Shown here one piece after another: positions 31,478 through 46,399 of a DNA stretch of 64,000 bases. The position numbers were made by a program, and so were the translations under genes. The stretch is from the human T2T-CHM13v2.0 reference genome, Homo sapiens: NCBI RefSeq assembly GCF_009914755.1, contig NC_060929.1. One strand, given 5' to 3'. The stretch's first letter is position 1; each line of letters opens with the position of its first letter. The notes beneath the pieces were generated by a model. That model did no database searches and was not told where the DNA came from. It saw nothing but the letters and a program-made list of their open reading frames with translations.

Positions 31478-31645
31478 TTAACTGAAGACTATCACAATGT
31501 GACGTTAGCAGAGCAAGCTGTTAAAACGAAACAAAACCTTACAACATACAACCACTTATCTGTGTGAATCAAAATTCTTCTCTACAATATGCAGCCTGAA
31601 CAAAATACAGAAACAAACTGAAAGCTGAGGCTAATGACATGTTGC
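31478..31645 (+). mobile_element. Fossil hAT (Charlie-type) transposase C-terminal fragment
   Basis: Frameshifted translations LAEQAVK, TTTYLCESKF (31548-31577), TKYRNKLKAEA (31600-31632) resemble the hAT dimerisation motif. Confidence 0.65.
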
Positions 31646-32726
31646 CATGGCTATCCAAAGCACATAATATATAAGTAATACCAACAACAGTATTTAACAT
31701 TTATTGAGTCCTTCCCACAGACCAGTCCCTTTGCTACTTAAAAACGGCCTCATTTCCTGAATAATTTCTTGAGTAAATGTTATATACATTTGAACTTGCA
31801 TGACAAAATTACAGTAACAAAAGATCGCATTTCTCTGTTTTCTATGTTGGTGTTGTGCACGCACTTTGATTTGGAAAGGGAGCTCTGCTTTTACTTTTTC
31901 CTTTAATACACCACCCATTTGGGTACTTTATTGCATGTTTCTTATTATTATTTCTTTATTGCATGTTTCTTTTTTATTATTTGCTTCTCTGCTGTTTGTT
32001 TTATATGAACCTTGCTTTTTCTCTAAGTAGGTTGTTACATATGTTTCTTGAGAATGGGAATCAGGCCTTATACTTTCCCCCTACTTCTTACACACACAGC
32101 ACATACCCTCTACACTCCACTAAAACAAAGCTTAGCACAGCAGGACCCTAGGAAATGAACTGCTGCTTACAGAAGTGAATTTTTAACTTAATTTGTGAAT
32201 TCCTTAAATTTGCATTTTGCTTAAATGCATTTCACTGAAACTGAGGTACACGTAAGAATTCTTCTAAATTTTTAATATGCTGTAATCTTTACATTATGTT
32301 GTAGATTAGAATAACATGTGGATAGCAAAATGAAATATTTAGTTTTAGTAACAGCAAAATAATATATAACAGCATGTTTTCTTTGTTAATTTAGGTGTTA
32401 TACACCTTTGCCTGGTAAACACAATATCTTTCCTCTGTTTATTTTCTGGCATTAGCTTTGGCGCTGTCCTGTAATCTGCCAGGCTGAGGAAAATATTACT
32501 TTACATACTAAAACTTAATGGACTGCACCACCAAAAATTAACTAGTGTCATTGTTGTAATTAAAGATCAGAGAAGCTCTTCAAAGCCTCCTCCTAGTATG
32601 CTGGACCAGTGGAGATCTGGACTTTTTCAAACGACCCTTAGCGATCCAGAGAAAGGTGGATACAATGAGAGTAGATAACACTTGGCCTTCAGAAATTAGA
32701 GAGTGAGGCTGGAGCTGAATGAGTCT

Positions 32727-33033
32727 CTTTATTAGTTTTTTTTAGGCAGGGTCTCACTCCTGTTGCACAGGTTGGAGTGCAGTGGTGTGATCATGGCTCA
32801 CAGCCTGGACTTCCTGGGCTCAGATGATTCTCAGCCTCCCGAGTAGGAACTATGGTTCCTACTCACATACATCACAGGTACTTGCCACCACACCTGGCTA
32901 ATTTTTGTAGTTTTAGTAGATATGGGGTTTTGCCATGTTGTCCAGGCTGATCTTAAACTCCTGGGCTCAAGCAATCTGCCCACCTCAGTCTCCCAACTGC
33001 TGGGATTACAGACGTTGAGCCACTGTGCCTGGC
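32727..33033 (-). mobile_element. AluJ-like SINE with internal hairpin insertion
   Basis: Antisense Alu, ctcctgggctcaagcaatctgccc. Confidence 0.9.
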
Positions 33034-36000
33034 AAGTGGGTGTATCTTTATGTAAATATGGAATTAACAAAATTTGGAGTTGTTTTCTATTGCCAAGAAT
33101 CATTTATAGGTCTCATTAAATGCTTTCCCCAAAATGAGAACACAAGCAGCCTTTTTCAATTACACACCTGAGGGATGAATGTTTCCCAAAGGGAACAGAA
33201 TGAAAATAAGCAGTAACTACTGAATTTGTGCATACTGTTAAGATGTATGACATATTTTCAGAATTTGGTTATTTTTGTTTTGTTTTGAGGAAAGAAAGGA
33301 CAATGAATGGAGAGAGTGACTATGGTATACTCTCTTCGATTCCTATATTATATAAACATATAATCAATGTGTGAAATAATTACACAGAAAATTGGCAATA
33401 GAGAGGGAGAATAAAACACTTCTAAACCATTCACTTAGACCAATAACAAAATTTAACAATTAATATTTTAACTTTATACCTGTGCAGACCTCTTTTTTCA
33501 CCATTCTATCCCTCCCCCCATACATGCATCATGCATACTTCCAAGCACCCTTCCAGAGAATATATTAAAATTCAATGTTTATAATTAATTAACATAAAAG
33601 CTGGTAATTAGTTTACTATTAAAAAATGCCATTTTCTGTATTTTATGTGCCATAACCTACTGTTATTATAATGTTCCCACTAAAAATTTTAATCTACTTA
33701 AAAAAAAAAAAAGAGTAGTTTGTTGCAGACGGTTATGTTCCCCTGGAACTACTGCCCCCTTGAGTTCTATAAGAAAACTCAGTCCTGCACCACCCCTCAC
33801 TGCATTTTGTCAGTAAATTACCAATGAAAAACAAAACTTTATGAGGAACCATAGTTGACTTCACTGATGTGGAGCATTAAAACGATTACTACTAAAGAAG
33901 ATTTCCTTTGAATTTCTAATAAGAAACTGCTCTTGAAAAGCTGAAAAGGTAATTTACACTACTAGATATTCCCTAAGGGTCACCAATGAAAAAGTATTTT
34001 ATCATACAGTGTTTACTGCCTTAGAAGAATTTCCTTTTCTACCTATTCAAGTTCACAATTCTACACTGACAGTTTTTAACATCTTCTGATTTAGTCATTT
34101 TATTGCATTTATATCGGCAAAGATTATACGCAGACCTCAGAATTAAGTGGGTAGGTCTAAGGGTAAGTACAATAGAATAAGATTTAAAATCTTTAACTCA
34201 GCGGGGTGTCTATGTTTTATTCTAATGTTTAAATTTATTTCAAGATGTAATGTAAATGTATGATAATGTACAAAGAAACAGTGTGATTTTTAAAAATCAA
34301 AGTCATTAAATACTTAGAAAACCACAGATTCAGGATGTTGGAGCTTGAACACATCTGCATGTACTATTATAAGCCTTAATTTTAGACGTCTGTATTCACT
34401 TTTGTAGTTTCTTGATCACTTGATGTTCTAAAATAATAGCATAAAGTCTATGGATTAAAAATCAAAATCTGCACCTCCACATAGTGTGCTCTCTGAGTGC
34501 TGCACAGTTAAAAAGTCTCGAGCTCTTAAACTTTAAATGGTTACTTTACTGGAACACAGGCACAAAACGCAATCTATAGCTCATAGTAGTGTGTGCTCTT
34601 TTCAGTCATTGTTTTGTACAAATTAAGCTCCCTTGACCATTTAGTTAATCAAAAAGCAAAGGTAGAACATGAGGGAAAAGCTCTTCTGCACAAATTATGA
34701 AATCATCATTCTGATAAAAAGGGACAAAATTATGTATCTTTGTATACCTTATATCCAGAAACTTGTTCAAACTCTGGTATACAAAGGAGGGGTGACTATT
34801 AGGTGAACAGGTTTCCTTCATACAAATGCCAGCAGGACAAGTGTTGAACACCATGTAACCATTTTGCATTATTTGGAGAAGAAATCCAGAAAACTTTTCC
34901 ATATTCACATCCATTCCATCTCTCTCCAATATATTTAAAGAATACTGAAACTATTTTTAAACTTCACTCTGCTCATTCACATGAACAACATTTACAACTT
35001 CCCCATTCATGTACAAAAACAGGTCTGTGGACAAATAACATAAAGTTGCAAATGTGTTCCTACTATTTTATGAAAGAAAGGTCTTTTTGTAATTGAAAAT
35101 AGATTCCTTTCAAAATCTGCAAAGGGCCCCCATAGTCTGCTCTAAAAATGTTATTGTCTAAACCATTTCTGGGACTAATTATTACATTATTTACTATGAT
35201 TAGGAATCTCATGGAGGCTGAAGCAAAAATAAAAATGACTTTAGAAGCCTAAATTTTGAGAGGTTATATCAAAATTGACAGGAACAAGGATGCAAAAAAA
35301 AAAAATAAATGAGTGACCTTCTATGAAAAAATAAACTGTTTATCTTGGCAAGCCTATTTCTTATGCATTTTATCAGAGCACTTCAAAATTGGTAGGGAAG
35401 CAATCATCACACTGAGGAAAAAACTTGCTTCTCTGGCCAAATATGATAAGTGATATATTTAGCTCTTCTACTTTGTATATAAGTGAGTCCTCTTAAAAAG
35501 CAAATAAGCCATTTACAACATTCATTTAAAAATCATAACGTAATATATTTACATTTGGGGAGGCTCATGAATTTTTCTTCCTATTAATGGTAAGCATTTT
35601 CCATGTGTCCATCAGAATTCTACTTTTAAAGGTCCCAAATCAACTTTTATAAATACCATCAAATGGTTAAAAAAAAAAAATTTTACCTACAATATGAAAA
35701 TAAAGAACTGAGAACAGATATCGGTGGGAACCTCAGATGCTTTCTCACTTAATATGTGGTATTTATTTAACCTTTACCATACAGGAAGAAAGAGAGGGGA
35801 TGATATTTATGTCCACTGTGTGGAGAAACTCAATCTAAATAAAATTTAAATAAAGTATTTTAGTAAGCTATTAACAAAGAAATTATTGAAGAAGTCTCTT
35901 CTAGTCCTAACCTCATATACTGTATAGGGTAGATCAGTTGAGTAGCTAATTAAATAAATTAACAAAATATTTTCGAGCATCTGTTTTGATAATTTATTGA

Positions 36001-37412
36001 CAATTTAGATAATTTTTGATTCTTCAACAAATCTTAACAATATTTGGTGTATTAGGAACATATAATGTGTTAGGAACCCATTATGTACAATTTAGCACTT
36101 TTATTATTAGAGACAATAAATGGCAAATTTACTTACAATTTATTCATAATAAGAACTAATATGATGATAAATGGCATCATTCACAGAGTTTTCAACAGAA
36201 CAAAATGACACAAATTCGATTGTTTGAAAAGAACTAGGAAATTTTATGAAGAGAACTGTCTTCTCAGAAGTAAGAAAAACTGATAAATCAATTTCCTAGA
36301 CAGGTAAGATCATTGCAAGACATGGACATACTCTCTATGCCAAAACACAACTTCTAAAAACATAGATAAAATTGTTCTGTAAGTTTAAAATTCTAAGGAG
36401 CTAAAACTGCTCTAAATCTGTTTAAACAGCATGATTACCATATCAATCTAGTTATCTTCCTAGATATAGATTCAATGTTTTAAAACTGTTATACGCTTGT
36501 TTGCAATTCCATAAAGCTAAGGAGTCCAAAAAAAGTGAATGATTACTGCAACACAAAATACTCTGATTTTGTTCATAAATGTTAGTTATCCTTTGCATAT
36601 GTACTGAAGTGGCAATTTATTTAGGCATGAAGAGTCCACACACGGAGCATTAGCAAAATGATTTTTCAGCTCAGTAAGAAGCCATTAATTCATTATCAAT
36701 AACATTGATCCTGTGCAAATAGAAAATATAGTGTTTTTCAGACATGAGCATAACAGCTCTCAATTTAGGCAGTTAACCACATAGGACGATCTTAGTGTTA
36801 CAAGGCCCATTTTCTCCAGAATGTCTTTGGTGGCAGTTCAAAATCAATACCAAACGTATGGAAGATGCCCCAAAAGACCACTGGAAAATGTGCTTAGTTA
36901 CCCTGGAGTAAGAGAACATGATTGACAAGCAAGGGAAAGTGTAATGGGACACAGAGAAGGAGAATATAGTCAAGCTTTCTTGCACTCATTGGCTCAACTT
37001 GGGATGAGTCAAATTATCCAGAAGTAAACTCCAGAAGAACAAGAATTTGGCATTAAGCAGACAAAAACAATAAGATCAGCTTTTCTTATTTGTGGGGTGT
37101 GGGATACATGCAACAAATGTGCCTGGATGGCCAGTGAGTATGGAAGGAAAAGGATCAAGAAACAAGGAGCTGTCTGAGCAATGGGAGGACAGTATGAAGC
37201 TCTGGGTTAAGGAGGGCAGGCCTCATAAGAATGGATGAAAGGCAAGAGAAGTATGTCAAACATAAGCATCCTGCTTTGGGCTTTGCACTGGAAGTTAAAA
37301 GTCCCCTATGGTGTGTTGAAGAGTGAAAGAGTGGTACACATGTAAAGGCACATGCATGGGGCATTTAGCTAGTTTACTGATGGGCCTAGTAGAACTAAGG
37401 TTATACATATAT

Positions 37413-37780
37413 TAATATGGTTTGGCTCTGTGTCCCCATCCAAATCTCATCTCAAATTGTAATCCCAAGGTGTCAAGGGAGGGGCCTGGTGGGAGGTGAA
37501 TGGATCATGGGGGCAGTTTCTCCCATGCTGTTTTCATGATAGTGAGTTCTCAGGAGATCTGCTGGTTTTATAAACGGCAGTTTCACCTGTGTGTTCACAC
37601 TCTCTCTCTACCTTTCTAGCCGCCTTGTGAAGAATGTGCCTGCTTCACCCTCCCCACGATTGTAAGTTTCCTGAGGCCTCCCCAGCTGTGTGGAACTGTG
37701 AGTCAATTAAACCTCCTTTGTTTATAAATTAACCAGTCTCAGGTAGTATCTTTCTGGCATTGTGAAAATGGACTAATACA
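37413..37780 (+). mobile_element. THE1 (THE1D-like) solo LTR
   Basis: atatggtttggctctgtgtcccc...gtgagtcaattaaacctc...gactaataca; 5-bp TSD TATAT. Confidence 0.9.
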
Positions 37781-37927
37781 TATATATTACTTGGACAAAA
37801 GCCTGCCACTATGAAAGTTGGACATAGCTCTAACATTCTAGTTTTTAACAAAAGAACTAAGCAATTCATTTTTGCATGACTGACTCTTTGTTGATATTCT
37901 GATCTCAACTTAAAGATTATACCTTCA

Positions 37928-38220
37928 GGCTGGGAGTGGTGGCTCACGCCTGTAATCCCAGCACTTTGGGAGGTGGGGGTGGGCAGATCACGAGGTAAGG
38001 AGTTCGAGACCAGCCTGACCAACATGGTGAAACCCCGTCTCTACTAAAAACACAAAAATTAGCCGGGCGTGGTGGTGCACGCCTGTAATCCCAGCTACTC
38101 AGGAGCCTGGGGCAGGAGAATCATTTGAACCCGGGAGGCGGAAGCTGCAGTGAGAAAAGATCAAGCCACCGTACTCCAGACTGGAAGACAGAGCGAGACT
38201 CCAGAAAAAAAAAAAAAAAA
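37928..38220 (+). mobile_element. AluSg-like SINE
   Basis: gatcacgagg..aggagttcgagaccagcctgaccaac; TSD attata(c/t)cttca. Confidence 0.95.
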
Positions 38221-38295
38221 TTATATCTTCAGAGGTGTCTTTCCTGACTACCTAGTGTCTCTCTTTCCATAACATCATGCTACCATAATTCTCTG

Positions 38296-38385
38296 AATAA
38301 CATTTTATACTGTCTAACAGGTTTCTTATTTATCTATCCAAATAACATTTTATATTGTCTAACAGGTTTTATATTTATCTGTCCA
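38296..38385. repeat. 45-bp tandem duplication
   Basis: aataacattttata.tgtctaacaggttt..tatttatct.tcca x2. Confidence 0.9.
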
Positions 38386-38702
38386 CAACCCCTATAATGT
38401 AAGCTCCATGACAGCAGAAAGCTTGTCTATTATTCACTACTAGATCTCCTAGAAGAAGCTCATAGTACACACTTCTTAAATGAATAATGAATGAGCAAAT
38501 GGACAAGCATATGGTCAGATGGATGGAAACATAGTGACTTCAGTAAAACTTCAATAAATATCTGATGATCATCTTCTAAAAAAAAACAGAAATCTAATCT
38601 GGGCTATCATATACTGCAAAGATGATTTTCCTGTCTATCTGCAACAGTCTATGAATCATAGTTTTTTTCCTAATAAATGTTTTGATTTCTTAAAGAAGGG
38701 TA

Positions 38703-38808
38703 GCTTGAACTCAGATGGTGAAGGCTGCAGTGAGCCATGATCATGCCACTGTACTCCAGCCTGAGCCACAGAGTGAGACCCCGTCTGAAAATAAATAAAT
38801 AAAAATAA
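38703..38808 (+). mobile_element. Heavily 5'-truncated AluJ right-arm fragment
   Basis: ggctgcagtgagccatgatc...A-tail; flanks aataaa.g.tttgatttc on both sides. Confidence 0.85.
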
Positions 38809-38884
38809 AGGCTTTGATTTCACCTCCTTTCAACTTTTTGGGTCAACTTGCCACAAAAAGCAGTATTAAAAAAAATACTTTTCA

Positions 38885-39377
<493 letters not shown>

Positions 39378-39701
39378 TTAGGCTCTGAATTGCTATATTC
39401 AAGAAAATACTAAAAGTAGCAATAGATAAGAGCAGAGTCATTAAAGACTCATCCTGCTTACTCAATAGTTACCAGCAACTACTTTATATTCCCATTGCCT
39501 AGAATACTAACATTAATGGCCTCATTAGAGTAAAGCTTTTCCAGTGGGAATCCACCAAGATATGCCCATCCCCCAACTAAGCAATAATATAACTACATTT
39601 TTTTAAAAAACCTGAACTTTAATATAGTTGATTAATGGTTGAACTAAGCCAAAGAAAAAGTATAAAATAGCTGATAATGTGATACTGGGTACATAGAACA
39701 T

Positions 39702-40254
39702 TGTAGGGGGGCAGTATTTTGCCTCTATCCTCTTAGTTTTCTTAGGCTAGGCCTGAGAATTAAACTAACCAAAGACAGATCAAAAAGAGAAAAGCAAACA
39801 AATTAATTTAATATAAGTTTTACATGGCACAGGAGACTTCATAGGAAAACGAAGACCCAAAGATGCAGTTAGAGTTGAACACTTAGATATTGATTTATAG
39901 ACAAAAGATTAGAAAAAATCAGACAAAAAGCAGTAAACTGTGAAAATGTGACAAGGCAAAGAGGCTTGGGCTAGAGTGTTTTGGGTAGAGAAGGGACTAG
40001 GAAGATGAAGGTTCATGTTTGTACAGATTTTCCTTGGCCTCAACTTACCATCCTAGATATGAATGATACTTTCCTTCTGGTATAGGGAGGGAGGACATAT
40101 TTCACATGGAAATTTCATCCACTGCTTTTACAAAACAGAAGGAAGGTCAGAGTGATCTTCTTGCCCCTGCTGTTTATCAAGTGCCTTTACCTCAAAATAG
40201 TTAATATGCCAGAATGGCATGTTTGAGGATGGCATATTCTTAACTCCTGCTTCA
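39702..40254 (-). mobile_element. ERV1 solo LTR (MER34-like)
   Basis: Minus strand starts TGAAGCAGGAGTTAAGAATATGCC..., ends cccctaca; resembles LTR starts at 26004 and 49603. Confidence 0.7.
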
Positions 40255-40711
40255 TCTTTCATTCTCTTAACTGACACTTTATTAATCAAAATGTTTCCAA
40301 CACCATAATGGTATGATAAATCATAACCATAAGAATCCAACCATTTTCTTGATCTTTTCACAGAAATTAGGTTGTCTGGTGTGGGTTTACTGCTATGTAT
40401 TCCAATATAGTAATGTTTTTAGCATTGTTTGCCTGTGAATAACCTATATTAGAAATTAAACTATCCCAATTATCTCAATGACCTAAGCATTTCAGGTATC
40501 ATACTATTTATAGTATGATTTTTATATCCACATTCACAGCTAGCATTCTAAATGCAATCACTGGAGTAAAAATAGATTATTTACAATTGTATTATTTGCA
40601 TAGCATACAAATTTTTAAAGATTCTAAAGTACCTTAGATCTTTGGACTCTGTTTCTTTAACAAGAAAACATTTCATCCTATGAAACCATCAGTCTGAACC
40701 ATCAGAAAAAA

Positions 40712-40932
40712 GTTTTTAACTTTTAATTATAAAAAATTTCCAACATCTAAAAAGTAGAGGGAATAGTATAAGAATGTGCATGTATGCATCACCCAGGTCA
40801 ACAATGAATTCATGGCTAATCTTATTTCCTTTACATGCTGACCTATTTATCCTTACATCAAACTGTTTCTAAGCAAATCCCAAAAATTATGTTGTTATTA
40901 TGTAAGTATTTCAACATGTATTTCTAAAAGAT
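40712..40932 (-). mobile_element. L1MC/ME 3' end fragment
   Basis: ttttaattataaaaaatttccaac..aaagtagagggaatagtata...catcaccc...aagcaaatccc. Confidence 0.65.
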
Positions 40933-42804
40933 CTTCAGATTTTAAATACTTGCATAATGTAGGTTCTTGATCATTTTATTTAACTCTTTATACCCTACCA
41001 GGAGGCTGGTTTTATAACACAGAATTAAAATATGCTTTAGAAGAACTCCTAGGAGACTCTTCTTGATAATTTACAATATCAACAGCATATGTTTCTATTA
41101 CCCAAATATTCCTGGCTTCTTCAGGTACTTTCTGGCAGACTCTGACTATAAAATTTTTGTTCTGTTTTTAAGAGTAAAAATTAGAAAAGGCAAGTTATAA
41201 TGTCATAGCTTTAATGATCTCTAGAGCTTAGTTTTCCTCCTTTTCTTTGCTTTCAAGGGGGAACTGCCCATAAGAAGATCAATTCATTCCTGGAATTGAG
41301 ATGTACTGAGACAAATTTAGACATTTCACTACAAATACAGATGGAGCTGTAAACAAAAAAGATCAGAACATCAGAAATTCTGCAGCAAAAAAAAATTTGT
41401 GATTACCACAGCTTTCAGAGGGAAGACCTTTTGAGGGGAGAAACAGTGAATGTCTACACTGCTGTCCAGCTTAAAGAGTTTGCTCTTCAAGTCTTTGGAC
41501 TTAAATTTCAGAGAGCTCCCAAATAAAAGAGTAGAGCTATGCCATTTTTACATCAGCCACTTGTTTCTGGGCATACTCAGAGGAGAGGCATTGAAGAACC
41601 TCTTCAGAGCTTTGCTTTCAAAGTTTAATTATGAATGGAATAGCATAGCAGGAAGACAGAGAAATTCAATGTGTGTACATAGACCTCTGTCCACAAGCCA
41701 AGATTTTATTTCCAAAGGAACACAGGGCCTTCTCATTGAACAATGCCATGGTTAGCTCATCATACTGACACAGGGCCTGTGCCAGGACATTTAAGCCTTT
41801 CGATGTTCCACTATTCATTACTCCCTGATGCTTGCCAAAGACCAGACTGAGCCCATTCAGTATAAACTTAGTGCTGGGCCCAATCAAAGGAGGTCAAGGA
41901 AAACATGAACAAGTGTTTTGTATGCAGAATACAGTCACTGGCAATGTCTATTAATGTAACAGTTCTCAGCTAATTCCTCTCATTTAGAAAATGGCTTTTG
42001 AACTAAATTGAGTTACCTCTGTGCCTTATTTCAACACTAAGAGATACAAAAAGAGGAGAAAATGTTTATAATTAGCCATTTTAAAATATACTTTGTGATA
42101 GTAATTTCCCAAGCAATCTTCTCCCACGCTTCTCAATAGTGCATGGGCAGGGAAAAGTATTGGACAAAAAGTACCAACTTTTAATTACCACCTACACTAA
42201 TCTGTGGCTTTTATTTTAACTAACAAAAATGTTTCAAAGCTACTAAAAATACAGAATTGACTGTACAGGGCATGCCACTTAAGTTTGGGAGAAATGCTAA
42301 GGATATACTTTGCAAAAAGTTCAAAGTAGACATCACAGAAGCAAAAAACTCCTTGAGAAAGTGGCACATTTGACAGAGACCTGTGTGAATGGGTTCACAG
42401 GTTCCCAGGGTGGCTGCACTCCAGGACTAGGGCAATTGGTGCGGCAGGGAATTTAAGTGGCTGGGGCCCAAGTGAGATGAGCTGAATTCGTTTCGGCAGC
42501 TTGTACTCTGCCCCAAGAAAGAAGGATTAAATACAGCTCTGAGAGAGAGATGGCAATTAGTGTTTCTGTCTCCAAAGAGAGAGATTCATGGAGTCTGAAT
42601 CTGGAGAGATACAGAGGGCACAGGAGAGCCTGGTCCCAAAACAAAAACTCAGAAGTGACTTAGCACTATTTTTAAATGCTAAAATCTTCAGTTCCGTATC
42701 TGTTTTCAGTATCAAATTAAGAATATAACTTATTACAAATTTTAATTTTCTTTTACTAAAAATGACTTTATGTCTATTATATTTTTAGAACTGAGGTAGC
42801 CAAA

Positions 42805-42980
42805 CCATGAGTTTGGAAGGTAGCCAAATTCATGGTTCCAATCAGACAGACCTGAATTTTAATTCTGATTTCACCACTAACTGAGATCTCGGCAAATTGC
42901 TTAAACCTTTGTGAGATACCGATTCCTTATTTACACAATGAAAATAATGCCTACATTATTGCATTTAAAGTGTGTGTAGC
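42805..42980 (+). mobile_element. MIR
   Basis: tcagacagacctgaatttt..caccactaac...ggcaaattgcttaaacc. Confidence 0.6.
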
Positions 42981-44448
42981 GGTGGGGTGGGGTATCTCCA
43001 TTTTAGCTTAGGCTACTCTGTTGGTCAGAAGGGCTCCAGACCACAGCAACTGTGTTACTTTTGGCTTCTCTTTTGTTTTGCTTTCATTTAAGTTCACCAT
43101 TGCACAATGGTGTGTGTAGATATACAGTACAAAATCAATGCAAGACAAAAACCTTTATGAAAAGATACTTCTGCAAACACACACTCAGAAATAATGCCTC
43201 CATGTGTGTCATTAATGTTTAACCATCTAAAGAATTCCTGGCAGAATAAATATATAAATAATATATCTTATAAGATAGAGAAATCTTAAGACAAAGCAAT
43301 TTTCTCATGGCATTTTTTTCTGCCAATAACATTTATTATTCTAAACACTGTAAAGCATAGTTGACAAACTAAAAGATATAACATCAACTAACAGCACAAG
43401 GTAAAATATGTTATAAACACCACAGTGAAGCTAATCAGAGTGGGGGACGATATTTGCCATAAGAATTACTGGGTACTTTGAAAATATGTATAACATCTTG
43501 TGAAGCTTTAGGACTATTCCATTTTTCTGTCTCTAAAGGTTTTATTTTATGTGAGCCAGTTAATCTGTCTTTGCTCTGCTTAAAACCATCAGCTGTGAAT
43601 TCACTTGGGTAGAATTTGGAAAGCAATCAGAGCAAAAGAGACCCATTTCATCAGCTTTATACAATTATGCAAAAGGTAACCTGTATTCAGTAATGCAACT
43701 TCTAAAAGTTCAGGAAACTTCCTGCAGCTTACAGTTTTAAGCTGCAGCCATTCTGCTTTCCAGTGGCATAAAGAACTTTAACATTCAAATAGCATTCATT
43801 AGAAAATTCACAAAGTCAGACCATTGCCTCTTTCAAAAACAATACATTTATTTGCTACTGTTAAAAATAATCTTTTGGTCAGTGGATCCTATCGCTGCTA
43901 TCGTCAATGTGAACCTTTAGTATAAAATACTATTAATCTAATTTAGGAAAAAATGAAACAGTCTTTGTGAGAATCAAAAGTAAACAAATATATGTCAAAC
44001 AAAAAAAAAGATTAATTTTTAGCTTTTATGTCATGTATTTTTCAGGCAATCTCATACTCCTGTAGTAAAACTTTTTATTTTTCAACTGTTTCAGGACAAA
44101 GAAGAGATATTCTCTTTCATTTACACACAAAGCTTATCTTTTTCCTTGATGGAATAGGTATTTTGGGAAGCCAGTAGGGCTTTTATTATAGTTAAAAGGA
44201 TAAAAGGTCTCTTCCGTAGTTTTTGTATTGACTACATGTATTTGACTTCTCAAAAAGTCTCCCTTCATTTACCGTTTCTCTCAGTCCCCAACCAAGTCAC
44301 TGTTAAACTTTTTGTTGATTTACCCTTTTTATTCCCCTCTACCCGCTATCCTTTTCCCTCATTTTACAAAGTGAATTGTGCCAGACAGTATGCCTTATGC
44401 TGGGTCTTCTCAAATTTCTGACATCAATTTTATTCTTTCTGCAACCAA

Positions 44449-44873
<425 letters not shown>

Positions 44874-44909
44874 TAGAACATCACACTAAGTATAGGCTCA
44901 AAATGTCCA

Positions 44910-45060
44910 ATTTAACCAACAACACTTATTGAGTACCTCCTACAGAGCAGAGCTCTGAGCATTCCTGATGGAGAAGAACAAAAGTTTGAGAGTTAAGATA
45001 TAGTCTCTGTCCTCCAAGATGTGTCTTATTTTAATTGGACGAGTAAGACTAATCCACATA
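44910..45060 (-). mobile_element. L2 3' end fragment
   Basis: caacacttattgagtacctcc...agatatagtctctgtcctccaag. Confidence 0.5.
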
Positions 45061-45249
45061 AAAACATTAAATAAAAACAAATAAAAAGTGAGTCATTCAG
45101 TGAGTGCAATAGATGATCCACAGTTTTGTGACAAAGCAAGTGCACAACAACATATATGGGATATTCTCATTTTGTCAAAAATGTATTTGGATATGTATTT
45201 TAAAAGACTGGAAGGTTACACATAGAGTACTTTGGGGAGTACACAATTA

Positions 45250-45562
<313 letters not shown>

Positions 45563-46399
45563 GTGATTTTTTTAATATATGAATTGCTTTTTGTATCAAA
45601 AAATAGCAGTAAATAAAAAGGATTCTAATGAATGAAGAAAGAGAAGAGAAGGCTTCTTGGAGAAGGCGCAACTGAAGTGGACCTTGGGGGCTGGACAAGA
45701 ATAATGGGCCAGGCCAGTGGCACAAAGAGGGAAAAACACAATGGAAAGAAAGTTGATGGCACTTGTGAAAGATTGTAATTGTGTCAATTTGGCTTCAAAA
45801 GGTGATTCAGGCAAAACTGCGGCAGAAAAGTCTGGCTGCTGTAAACCAGTGAAGGCTTTGGCCACATGCTGTTTTGAAGATATTAGATCTTGCATATGTT
45901 CTCAAAGTTGCCTTTATCTGAAAAGAAGGTAAAGGAGAAAACACAGCTTTCTTTGGATACATACTCAAGTTATAAGAATAAATAAGAAAACTGTGGAAAA
46001 ACAATTTAAATACTAGAAAAGAAAAAGAGCCATATAGTCATCTCTTAATTATCCATGTATGTCGATTATCTACTTCATTTATTATCCTAGACAAATTATA
46101 AAATTCCTCCCAAATGGAACAGACCAGAAGACAAACTTTGCTTTTGCTTTCAACTTTTCTGCTGATACAACTAACTTTAACTACCCATTACAAAGACAGA
46201 AAGGAAATTTAAAACGTGTTTAGGGTTTATATCTTATTAGGGAAAGGCCATTAAGGCAAAATTATTTAATATCTCTCCTTATTTATTTACTTAAGAAATA
46301 TGCATCAAAGAGAGAGTAAAACGGAGGGAGACTGAAAAGGAACAGGAGGAAGAATCTGATCTTCTAATATATTTTACATATTGCTTTACTGGATCATCG

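Larger units (their letters stand above)
37865..38500 (+). mobile_element. L2 3' fragment (Alu-interrupted)
   Basis: tttcctgactacc, aatgtaagctccatgacagcag, ttcactact, tgaatgag end. Confidence 0.6.

Noticed and set aside
34645-34929. 94-aa minus-strand ORF (MERDGMDVNMEKFSGF...)
   Set aside because: No recognisable domain and no convincing acceptor; plausible as a chance ORF
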